From positions 143,406,001 to 143,470,000 of the forward strand of contig OX597814.1 of NCBI GenBank assembly GCA_951406725.2: a DNA stretch of 64,000 bases, read 5' to 3'. The stretch comes from Octopus vulgaris. Taxonomy: Eukaryota. Positions 53,299 to 64,000 of this stretch are shown here, one piece after another. Within the stretch, counting starts at the first letter, position 1, and every line of letters starts with the position of its first letter. The translations under genes were made by a program, and so were the position numbers. A model generated the notes under the pieces. It had not been told where the DNA came from, did no database searches, and saw only the letters and a program-made list of their open reading frames with translations.

Positions 53299-53436
53299 GC
53301 GTGTTCCTTTCTGTCGAAGAGCGTGGGCTCGAACCGTAAAAGACTTTCTCACTTCCCGAGCATTAAACTAATACATGTATTTGTTGCTCACACACCCATC
53401 TTCGTCTTTTGTTTGTTTTTTTTTGTAAATTCTCAC

Positions 53437-53437
<1 letters not shown>
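53299..53437 (+). mobile_element. Solo Penelope-like 3' pLTR fragment ending in (TA)n
   Basis: Near-identical to 33520-33636; motif at 53306-53343. Confidence 0.8.
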
Positions 53438-53509
<72 letters not shown>

Positions 53510-53605
53510 CGTCGGCAAAACATAAATCCGAAAAAAAGTACACTCTAAGTTATAGAGCAGAAGAGTATATAGATAAAGGTAGATATGGCCGGTCTATCAT
53601 GTATG

Positions 53606-53661
<56 letters not shown>

Positions 53662-53662
<1 letters not shown>

Positions 53663-54942
53663 GAGGGACGTTCAATAAGTAATGCCTCTGACCCACTTGC
53701 AGTTGTTTGATCTAGCTGAAATTTTGCATGTGCAATCATTTATATCTCTATAGAGTAAGTGGTGGCAAATTGCAGCTCTGAATTAATTGTGGTTTCTGAT
53801 TTACAGGTGTTTGAACCGAGTCAAGTGTGAAATGGAGCCTGTTGAGTGTCGAGCAGTGATCCAGTTTTTGTATTTGAAAGGACGCACACCACGGGATACT
53901 TTTGATGAAATGAAAGTAACTTATGGTGATGATGCCCCATCATATGACCTTGTAAAACGCTGGCATCGTGAATTCAAACATGGTCGGAACTCTGTGGAAA
54001 CAGCTCCCAGATCTGGTCGCCCCTTCTGCCATTGATGAGGCATCTGTCCGTCAAGTTGAGGCTGCCATTTTGGAAGATCGACGCATAATTATTCGCCAAA
54101 TAGCCTATGAGTACCGTGTCTGTGGAAACTATCATTCATGACCATTTGCATATGCAAAAGGTGTCTGCCAGATGGATTCCCAGGTTGCTCACGCCTTTCC
54201 AGAAGCAAGAACGCGTCGAGTGCTCGAGGGTGAATTTGGAGATGTGCCAAGAAGATGAGTCAAAATTTTTCAAAAGACTGATTACACAGGATGAAACCTG
54301 GTTCCATCACGATGATCCAGAGACCAAAGCCCAGTCAATGCAGTGGAAGCACCGTGACTCACCCCCTCCAAAGAAGGCAAGGGTGCAGCCCTCCGCTGGC
54401 AAGGTCATGCTCACAGTCTTCTGGGACCAGGACGGAGTAGTGATGACAGATTTCTTGGCAAAGGGTACCACAATTGCAGGAGCCTATTATGCTTCACTTT
54501 TGAGGAAATTAAGAGAAGTTATCAAAATCAAGAGGCGGGGCAAGATCAGCAAAGGCATCCTCCTCCTGCAGGACAACGCTCCGGTCCACAACTCGTTTGT
54601 CGCCAGATCAGAAGCACAGGCGTATGGCTATGAACTCCTCCCCCTTCCCCCTACTTTCCTGACCTTGCACCCTCTGATTTTCACCTCTTCCCAGTCATGA
54701 AGTTGTTTTTGAAAGGAAAGCGTTTCCCAGATGATGCAGCCTTGATTTCTGAAGTCACGTTGAGGTTGGAGGACCAAGCTGGGGTCTTCTACAAAAACGG
54801 TCTCCAGAGCTGCATCAAACAATGGGAGAAATGCGTAACTCTGGTTGGTTCCTATGTAGAAAAAGACTAATAACTTTGCCAAGTTTCGTTGCTCTACTGC
54901 TGTGGGAAGTGGGTCAGGGGCATTACTTATTGAACGCCCCTC

Positions 54943-54943
<1 letters not shown>
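53662..54943 (+). mobile_element. Full-length mariner transposon (irritans/Himar1-like) in (TA)n
   Basis: 37-bp TIRs CGAGGG(A/G)CGTTCAATAAGTAATGCC(T/C)CTGACCCACTT with 2 mismatches; TA flanks; 1282 bp. Confidence 0.97.
53832..54870 (+). pseudogene. Mariner D,D34D transposase pseudogene with frameshifts
   Basis: ATG at 53832; RSGRP, WIPRLL, QDETW, QDNAPVH, and frameshifted YFPDLAPSDF giving D34D spacing; TAA at 54870. Confidence 0.95.
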
Positions 54944-54998
<55 letters not shown>

Positions 54999-56056
54999 AT
55001 AGATAGATAGATAGATAGATAGATAGCACTCATATATGCATTTATGGACATATGTACTTTTTATCATTTTTAATCGGTAAAAAGTTCTGGAAGTGACTCA
55101 AGTGCCGAGAATTTCGTTCATCACTCTTATTAAACATGGCTGTGTTACTTTTCTAACTTTCTACCCATTTAAAATAATAGAAAGGTGTACACGTGAACTG
55201 GATTCTATTTCTCCCGTTTGTTCTAACCAAACCTGTACATAACACGCACTCACACACACAAATGCGCACGCGTACACCAAGAGTTTCAGGGATTTAGTTA
55301 CCTTAATATGTAGTCACACGCGATTGCATGTATAAACGATAAAAGATTGCACCCATTATCTATGTATCTATGAATATATGAATAACTACTCACATTGAAA
55401 GAAGAACAAAACAAAAACGCTTGATTTCACGCATAACTTCATAGAGTTAAATTGTTTAATGTCTATCAAAACAATATTAAAATGCAATCTCTATCTATCA
55501 GTGTGTTTAAAATCCCGGTACAACTTTTCTGTTAACTGAACTGGATCGCTGCTTCTGGGAGCAGTTTAAATACTTGATGAAGGTGGGTGGGTTTAATAAA
55601 TGTTTACTTATACTTTTACATGGAGATAATAAAAACAGGTTTTGAATTCAATCCTGAATTATATATTGGTTTAGTCGAGTGAAAATTAGAACAATAGATA
55701 CGTAAATTTAGAAACAAAAAGCTTGCTTATCGATCGGTGGATTAGCAGGAATGTTAGAACATCAAACGAAATGAGTTGTGGCATTTAGCTGTCGTTCTTT
55801 ACTGTCGGATCTCAAATCTCGGCGGGAATCTTTGTGGTATTTCGTTGCGGTCCTTTACAGTCTGAGCTGAAATCCCAGCGGGAATCTAAATGCCTCTCCA
55901 TTTTGCAAGGTTGATAGAGAGCCAGCAATATACTAAGGTCGATTATGTTCGACTGCTTCCCATCCTCACATGCATAAGAAATGAGAATTTATGTTCTGAC
56001 ATCGTCACGCATACGGTTTGTATCATTATATTTATTAGTATTTAAGACTTTATTAA

Positions 56057-56480
56057 AGCGGTGAGTGAGCAGAAATGTTAGCACACCAGACGAAATGTCT
56101 AGTGGTATTTTACCCGTATTTACGTTCTGAGTTCAAATTCCACTTTGCCTTACATCCTTTCTGGCTCGTTAAAATAAATACCAGTTGGGTGTTGTGGGTA
56201 ATGTAATTGACTCACTCCCACCCCCCGAACATGCTAGTTTTGTGCCAAAATTTTAAACCAATATTTAGGATTTTATTAAAGCGGCGAGCAGGCAGAATCG
56301 TTGGCACGCCGAACGACATGCTAAGCGGCACTCCTTCTAAATCTTTACTTTCTAAATTCAAGTTCCACTATGATCAACTTTGCCTTTCATCCTTTTGAGG
56401 TTGATGAAACTGAAAACTAGAGTCATTGCAATCGACTTGCTTTTCCCCACAAGATTGCTGGCCTTGTGCCCAAATTTGAA
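56057..56480 (+). mobile_element. Two tandem family A SINEs (decayed)
   Basis: Heads gcggtgagt.agcagaa (56058) and gcggcgagcaggcagaa (56281). Confidence 0.75.
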
Positions 56481-57010
56481 ACAATACCTATGATTTTATT
56501 AATTACATGTACGAGATTGAGTCAGAAAGTAATGCTAACGAGAGCACTGAGAGAGTGCTGACCTTGTGTCTAGATCAAAAACATTTAGTTTCAACTGCTA
56601 TTTTTTTGCTTGTTTCAGTCATTAGACTGCGACCATACTGGGGTACTGCCGTGAAAGGCTTAATCGAACCAAACAATGAACTTCTATACATTTTGTTTTT
56701 TGGAAGCCTGGCACTAATTCTATCAGCACCAGTTGTCAAGTGGCGGTGGGACACACACACACAAATATATCTCCACGCGACAGGCTTCTTTTCCCGTCTA
56801 GCAAATTCGAGCTATAGCTGAAAACAATTTCCCAACGTACTACGCAACGGGACCGAACTCGGAACTATGTGGTTGAGAAACAAACATTTTATCACGCACC
56901 CACGCTGTTTATTAAGCATATTGGAGGACAAATAAATATATAAATAAAATTAAAGTGTGATCTGAGGGAATTTGGTTGCTATTTGTAACACATCGATATG
57001 TCAAATCGGA

Positions 57011-57155
57011 CAGGCATGTGCAGCCTTTTTCGAAAAGTAGGCCGCATGAGAGATGTCTTGTCATCAGGCGGACCGCCCTACTAAAAATATTCAAGATAAT
57101 TTTTCGCTAGGCGTACCATTCAGAAAGTCTTGCGGGCCGCACTTTGCCCATAACT
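57011..57155. mobile_element. Possible hAT MITE
   Basis: CAGGCATGTGCA..GGCCGCA..GCGGGCCGCACTTTGCCCAT ends resemble hAT MITE termini. Confidence 0.4.
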
Positions 57156-57879
57156 CACATAGATGCTCACTCATTGTCTCCTTGGTCAATATGGCAATAC
57201 AGGTAGTAAACTTTTACTTTATATTTTTATAAATATAATTTTATAAATTTTTATATTTCTATTTTGTCCTCCAATTTGATTTGTTAGATATTTTTCTTTC
57301 ACCGTTTCAGATGGAAAAAGAGACAGGAGCATAATGTTTTCAAGTAAAGAAACACTAGAAAAAATTATTTATTTCCCTTATTTCCCTTACACCACTAATA
57401 ACATAGACAGAAAAATAGACTTTACGTTAACCTCATATTCACATTTCCGTTTTTCTATGAATTTGCGAATTTACATTGAAAAAGATCTGCGAGACTACTA
57501 TAAATTCAAGAATTGAAGTGAATATAAATCTGGATATTTCATGCAAAATAAAATTTATATTCTTTCTTCCATAATAATCATCTAAAAACAAGATCATAGT
57601 TTGTGACTAGAAATATGGATTTCTAATATTTACTTACAATTTTCAACATACTTTATATGACACTGACGTCCGGGGTCTCTGTATGCTCCTGAAAGTCAGT
57701 TTTCAAAAAAACACGTCTGATAAACAGTAATCATACTTGTTCACCATTTGGGAATCATTGAAGATTTCGCAGCATCAGCGCATGCTAGACCTCAACGCGA
57801 CGGGTGTTTACAAAAAATGGAGCGCATGACTAGCGGAACGTATTCCTCAAATTAAAGAGGCTCTGCAACCGAGTCATAC

Positions 57880-58150
57880 GTGAAATGGCGTATGTCACGA
57901 TGGTCAAACAGTAGTAGATGGCAGAAACTATGTAGGCGTCCACCAACTCTGCATGACCTTTCAGGGACAGATTTCTCTCGGTCCATTTCTAGACCAAACT
58001 AGTCAACTTACTTGTCACCTCGTCCTAATTCTTCTCCACCTGGCGATGTAGACCAAACCATATTCCAAGCAGTTTAACCAGTCCGTCTATTTGGCACCCA
58101 CCGATGTTGCTGGAAGTTCTCACCCAGTGCCAAGCTGCAAACCCACTAAA
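57880..58150 (-). mobile_element. Degraded L1/Tx1-like RT fragment
   Basis: VKLLGIWFG..QVEKN resembles the LINE RT thumb motif (KYLGI). Confidence 0.4.
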
Positions 58151-59619
58151 TATATGTCTTATATTTTGGTGTGTGTCACTGCATAAGTAATACTTTGGTT
58201 CTCCTACCCTCAACCTGCACGAACTGTTGCAAATTACTCGGCAGATTGAGCAGGTCTGAAATAAATTCTATGCTTTTTAGATCGGTTTCAATCAATAGCT
58301 TCATTCTAGTGCCCGACCTATGTTTCTTTTGCAGCTTAGGATTGTAATATGTTTGTTTTAATTGATATCGATCAAACCAGCCGCTACTCACCGGAGACAT
58401 CTGTTTCTTGTAGCATGTAAATCACCTCATTTTTATCACTTTCCCATCGAGGTAGATCTGCATGAGAACCAGTTCATTATTCTTTAGGGATGTACAGTAT
58501 GTTTTCTTGCCTTCTTGGTTGGAAATTTCACCTCTACCGTGCTGTACTTTGTTTCTGGTAGGTTTTGTACCACAAATTGTTTACGAAACCCCACAGGCTG
58601 GGGTTATGTCGCTTGCTTTACTTTTCTGGCTATAGAAAAGTGGGTTTGAATACGGAACTCGTGGTTGCGAAGCGAGCTTCTTAACTATTCAGCTATACTA
58701 TTTTTGCATTATAATAATATATATATATATATAGGTTTTAAATTTTAGCGCAGGACTAGCAATTTCGGAGGAACGGTAAGTCAGTTACATAACTGTCTGT
58801 CTGTCTGTCTGTATGCATGTATGTATGTATGTACGTGTGTGTTTGTATATATGTATGTATATAGAACATTCTTGATAATATTTTATTGAAAATCTTTCGA
58901 TGCATTCAGCTTAGATTTTGATTTTTTAATTAACTTTTCTAAAATTCAAAATGTTCCTGTTTTACATATTTTGTTTTAATTTCTTGCATCTGCTTATGTG
59001 AGTATAATTAATTAGTCATTGTGTGTTTATTTATCTGAAGGCTTGATATCTGTGTCCTAAACATTGATAACGAAACAACAAACACTAAAACATAAACAAC
59101 GTTGAAATATCGTTGAAAAAAGGGGAAAAATTTTGAAATATTGTTGGTGCACACTAAAGAAGCAAATATAAAGATAACGAATGTGCAGCTGTTATTAACA
59201 TGATCTGCAATCAGTATAATATATGTTTTTGTGAGATATAATCAGTAAGTCCCGAATATATCCGGAAAGCATTTAACAGCAACAGCTGTGAAGTGAAGTT
59301 CAACCACCCAGAAACGTATCTGCTTCATAGTCACATTTTAAATACCAGTACTCAAGAAATCTGAAACTTAACCCGAGACTCAGATTTTACTGATTTGCTA
59401 TTATCAAGCTAGAATATGTTTTAAGGATATCCGTAAGATTAATTTCGCTGGATTTAGAAAACACGATCGTTAAGGTCATTGATGTCTAAAGCGGAAGTCA
59501 CCTTTATTTGTATATAGGTTATATTTATTTATTTCAGTTTTGTGAAAAACTGTCTGAAAGCTTTGAAAACGACTTTGTTACGGTAAAAAAATGTTTAAAA
59601 GAAGGAATCTAAGAGGAAC

Positions 59620-59740
59620 AGGCGCAGGCGTAGCTGTGTGATAAGAAGCTTGCTTTCGAACCACATGATTCAGAGTTCAGTCCCACTGCGTGACACCTCG
59701 GGCAAAGTGTCTTCTACTATAGCCTCGGGCCGACCAAAGC
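59620..59740 (+). mobile_element. 5' part of a family B SINE
   Basis: GGCGCAGGCGTAGCTGTGTG..GAGTTCAGTCCC..GGGCAAAGTGTCTT. Confidence 0.85.
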
Positions 59741-60260
59741 TGAGAAATAGTGGATCGACCAGAAAAGATTCCCTAATCTTCCAGCCACACACCCTGCTGA
59801 GTAAAGTTATTCCAAAGATCCTCCAGAGAAACCTCATTTCAATCGCTTGATATGCGATCGTATTCTTTCGGTCATTACTCAATGTTTATAACCATAGGCA
59901 AAGAAAGGCATGAACACCGTAATACAGATAGCACGTTTGGTCAATTTTACCAATCGCTTCTCTCCTGAAGATCAAATGCGGAAGTTGGCACATTACCGTG
60001 GCAACACCTGCAATTCTAGCATCCAATTCTGCCTCCTGCTTCCCATCACTCGTGAATACAGTCTTGAGATACGTGAACTTCACTTGCCTCAGCAATGTTC
60101 CGCTAACATGCATGAGTGGTGCGCTGGGAAGACTTTATTGAGATAACCAATGTTTCAGTCATCAGAACACTAATTCTCATTCCTGCCTGGCTGCACTCTA
60201 CATTCAGTACATATCAGAGATCACCATCTGATACACCAAATAGCATCATTTCATCTAATA
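59741..60260 (-). mobile_element. Degraded RTE-clade LINE fragment
   Basis: FTYLKTVFTSDGKQEAELDARI and QAIEMRFLWRIFGITLLSRV match RTE RT C-terminal motifs. Confidence 0.75.
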
Positions 60261-60268
60261 TTAGCCGA

Positions 60269-60738
60269 CCCGTTCTACACCCACAGATTACGATACCACT
60301 TCCACAACGGCTGCGTATTTTGATAATTTTTATTTGATATATTAATGGAAATATTGGACTCCATGACAAAACGTATTTATAAAGTCAAATTCATAAAAGC
60401 AGAGATATTATTTGTCATACATTTTAGTCCTTTTTCTGATCTTCTCTAAATAAAACAACCTAACAAATGCTATCTCACCTGTGTGTGGGCGATAATTCTA
60501 GATGTTTTCATGATTTATTTTCTTTTAAATTATATCTCTTTCCAAATATTGTCATATTTAAATTTTTTTCTTTGTAATTGTATGGCTTGTATGGCTTTAT
60601 AAATTTTTAATTTGTACCATCTTTCACTCTATTCCTATTCATTACATGGCTTGCCCCTCTCACCCCACACATATTTCCTTGGTTCAACGCAAACTCTATT
60701 TTATGGTGTTTTTTTTGCGGTTAATAAACAATATATTA
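60269..60738. repeat. About 470-bp segment duplicated at 61498-61566 plus 62782-63200
   Basis: Direct homology by eye; the second copy is split by an insertion. Confidence 0.9.
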
Positions 60739-60747
60739 TTATTATTT

Positions 60748-61480
60748 GCGGCGAGCTGGCATAAGCGTTAGCGCGCCGGGCGAAATGCTTTGCGGTATTT
60801 CGTCTGCCGTTACGTTCTGAGTTCAAATTCCGCCGAGGTCGACTTTGCCTTTCATCCTTTCGGGGTCGATAAATTAAGTACCAGTTACGCATTGGGGTCG
60901 AGGTAATCGACTTTATCCGTTTGTCTGTCCTTGTTTGTCCCCTCTGTGTTTAGCCCCTTGTGTGTAGTAAAGAAATAGGTATTTCGTCTGCAGTTACATT
61001 CTAAGTTCAAATTCCGCCGAGGTCGTCTTCGCCTTTCATCCTTTCGGGTCGATAAATTAAGTGCCAGTTACGCACTGGGCTCGATGTAATCGACTAAACC
61101 CGTTTGCCTGTCCTTGTTTGTCCCCTTTATGTTTAGCCCCTTGTGGGTAGTAAAGAAATAGGTATTCCGTCTGTCTTTATGCTCTAAGTTCAAATCCCCC
61201 GAGCTCGATTTTTCCTTTCAGCCTTTCGGGGTCGATGAATTAAGTACCAGTTGCATACTGGGGTCGATCTAATCAACTGGCCCCTTCCTCAAAAGTTCGG
61301 GCCTTGTGCCTAGAATAGAAAAGACTATCAGTTGCGGCAAGCTGGTAGAATCGTTAGCACGCCGGGTACGTTCTCAGTTCAAATCCCGCCGAGGTCGACT
61401 AAGTACTAGTAGCATACCGGGGTCGATCTAATCGACTGGCCCCCTTCCAAAACATTTCGGGCCTTGTGCTTAAAGTAGAA
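60748..61480 (+). mobile_element. Family A SINE multimer (head plus three modules) and a deleted copy
   Basis: Module starting GGTATTTCGTCTG at about 60794, 60978 and 61161; extra short copy at 61333-61480. Confidence 0.9.
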
Positions 61481-61566
61481 AAGAATATAAGTCGATCCGT
61501 TCTACACCCACAGATTGCGATACCACTTCAACAACGACTGCGTATTTCGATAACTTTTATTTTATA

Positions 61567-62781
61567 CTAGGCTTACTACCCAGCCTTGCCCAGTAAAGTA
61601 TTGACGGAATTGTTTACCAGTTTGTAGAATGGGATTTCACGGTACGTATGCACGTATAACCTAACTTCTGACTTATTTAATTGGAACTTTCCAAACAATA
61701 GCGATCAATTTACATAAGTAGAAGCCTTTTCTTAATAATTTTTATTTTGAAATCACCTGTATTAAAGTGAAAGTGCAAGGTGTACGAACGTGTATATGAA
61801 ATGGATGTGTGTGTGTGAGAGAGAAAGAGAGAGTGTCTCTTACATATACATGAGAACACACGTTCACTCACTCACACACACACACACGCACACACACACA
61901 CACACAAACGCACATGCACACGTGCATACAAAAAAGATGCACGCTTATGTATTGATGTATGTACGTATACATGAGTACACATCCCTTCACTCGCTCTCTT
62001 TTCTCTCTCTCTTCCTCTCTCTCTCTCTTTCATACACACACGTCCATTTCATATACACTTCCACTTTCTCTTCTCTTTCACTTTAAAACAAAAGTAAATA
62101 AATTAAACATTTTTTACGGAAATTAACGAACATCGAATGATGAGATCACATTCAGTTAAAAATATTTCTAAATGATTAAAATATTGTGTACGTCAAAAAG
62201 TCAACGGGTATTTTTCTTCTTAGAGAGCGCGAAGACTGTGTGTGTATATGTTACAGATAGCGAACGTGTGTTTGTATTGATAAACACGGTTAATATGTAT
62301 GTATATATTTCTTTATTGCTGACAAGGGGCTAAACACAGAGGGGACAAGCAAAGACAGACAGACGGATTAAGTCGATTACATCGACCCCAGTGCGTAACT
62401 GGTACTTTATTTATCGACCCCGAAAGGATGAAAGGCAAAGTTGACCTTGGCGGAATTTGAACTCAGAACCTAACGGCAGGCGAAATACGGCTACGCATTT
62501 CGCCCGGCGTGGTAACGATTCTGCCAGCCCGACGCCTTATATAATATGTATGTATATTCTGCATGTGTGTTGATGTTATGGAAACCATGTTTTTTTCATC
62601 AAGAAATAACAAAAGTTATATTCAATCGCTTAAATAGAGGTCCATATGTCACAAAATCTTGTATTTCCCTGCCGAAGATAAGTATGAAAATAAATATGTA
62701 AACAAAATTAAAATAAAATATACTACTTCTGACATATGTCAGGTACACACAAACATCCATAGAGTTTTAGTATTATCAATA
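61567..62781 (-). mobile_element. Non-autonomous Helitron carrying a nested SINE
   Basis: Minus-strand 3' end CTGGGCAAGGCTGGG..CTAG; inserted between A and T without a TSD relative to the empty paralogous site at 60339/60340. Confidence 0.8.
62307..62541 (-). mobile_element. Family A SINE with a 16-bp TSD
   Basis: TAATATGTATGTATAT at 62291-62306 and 62542-62557. Confidence 0.92.
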
Positions 62782-63214
62782 TATTAATGGAAGTATTGGT
62801 ATCCATGGCAAAACGTGTTTATAAAGTGAACATCATAAATGCAAAGATATTATTTATCATACATTTTAGTCCTTTTTCTGATGTTCTCTAAATTAAACAA
62901 CCTAACAAATGCTATCTCATCTATGTGTGGGCGATAACTCTATGTTTTCATGTTTCATTTTCTGTTAGATTATCTCGTTTCAATTATTGTGTCATATTTA
63001 AATTTTTTTTCTTTGTAATTGCTTGTATGGCTTTATAAATTTTTAATTTGTACCATTTTTAATTGTTTAACGTCTTTCACCCTATTCCTATTCATTACAT
63101 GACTTGCCCCTCTCACCCCACACATATTTGTAAAGCCCTCCTTGGTTCAACCTACACTCGATTTTATGGTGTTTTTTTGCGGTTAATAAACAATATATTA
63201 AAGTCACTGATATA

Positions 63215-64000
63215 TATGTCGACATGAAGATTTAGCTATGAGTTCACCATTATCTCCGATATTACCCAATATATACATGGAATACTTTGAGAATTTGGCT
63301 TTACGATCAACACCACTAAAACCAACCCCATGGCTGCGATATGTTGATGACACCTTTATTTTCTGACGCCAGAATGAAGATGTCTATGTGCTGTTAGATC
63401 ATGTGAACTGAATAAAGCCATCCATACGGTTCACAATGGAAAAGGAAAAAGACAATCAGTTAGCATTCCTGGACGTATTAATAACACGCACTAAGTATGG
63501 ATTCAGGACATCCGTATACCGCAAGCCAACCTTCACTGGACAATACCTCAGTGCCCAGTGCCTAAAACATCGTGCAAAGAATATAAGTAGCAATCGTGAT
63601 ACCCACTACGAAGAAATGATCAAGCTCAGTAACAATCTATTAGGCAGCAACTACCCCAAAAACATACTAGCTACTCCAATTATGAAGAAAAGAGAGGATG
63701 CAACCAATAAACTGTCTACAGACTGTCTATCCTATGCGAAAGGCCTCTCCGAAAAGATACAAAAGATATGCGACCCATATGACATCAGGACAGTATTCAA
63801 GAGTAATACAACACTTTGCAAATATCTCCTTCGGATAAAACCACCAATAGAAGAAAATATGACCAAAAACTGCGTGTACTCCATCCCATGCAGCTATGGT
63901 AAGTTATACAATGGCGAAACATGCCTCCCCCCCTTAAAATAAGGGTAGAGGATCACCGCAAAGCAGAGACACAAGGAGATATTGATAAATCGGGTATAGC
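63215..64000 (+). pseudogene. Degraded Penelope-like (Poseidon-like) RT + GIY-YIG
   Basis: LAMSSPLSPILPNIYMEYFE, WLRYVDDTF, FTMEKE..LAFLDVLI, VYRKPT, VYSIPCSYGKLYNGET; stops and deletions; runs off the window. Confidence 0.9.

Overview
Eukaryotic, AT-rich, repeat-saturated DNA, most likely an intron or intergenic region of an octopus/cephalopod genome (inferred from the tRNA-derived SINE families, the 5S sequence and the dense (TA)n/(TAA)n/(CA)n microsatellites). I found no convincing host protein-coding gene; most ORFs in the track are microsatellite or antisense artefacts. The window holds: (1) a same-orientation stack of R4/Dong-like restriction-like-endonuclease (RLE) LINEs inside (TAA)n arrays at 3.5-11 kb, including one internally deleted non-autonomous copy; (2) Penelope-like elements (a near-intact Neptune-like RT+GIY-YIG at 35.8-38.2 kb, a decayed Poseidon-like copy at the right edge) and many short terminal-repeat (pLTR) remnants in (TA)n, several with hammerhead-ribozyme motifs and inverted repeats; (3) Tc1, mariner, Tigger/hAT MITE and non-autonomous Helitron DNA elements; (4) at least four tRNA-derived SINE families and a 5S rRNA pseudogene. 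The most unusual signal is a set of hammerhead-like RNAs, including a five-copy family with a non-canonical core (CUGUNGA plus an extra purine), tied to (TA)n-associated Penelope ends. Coordinates were read by eye and may be off by a few bases.
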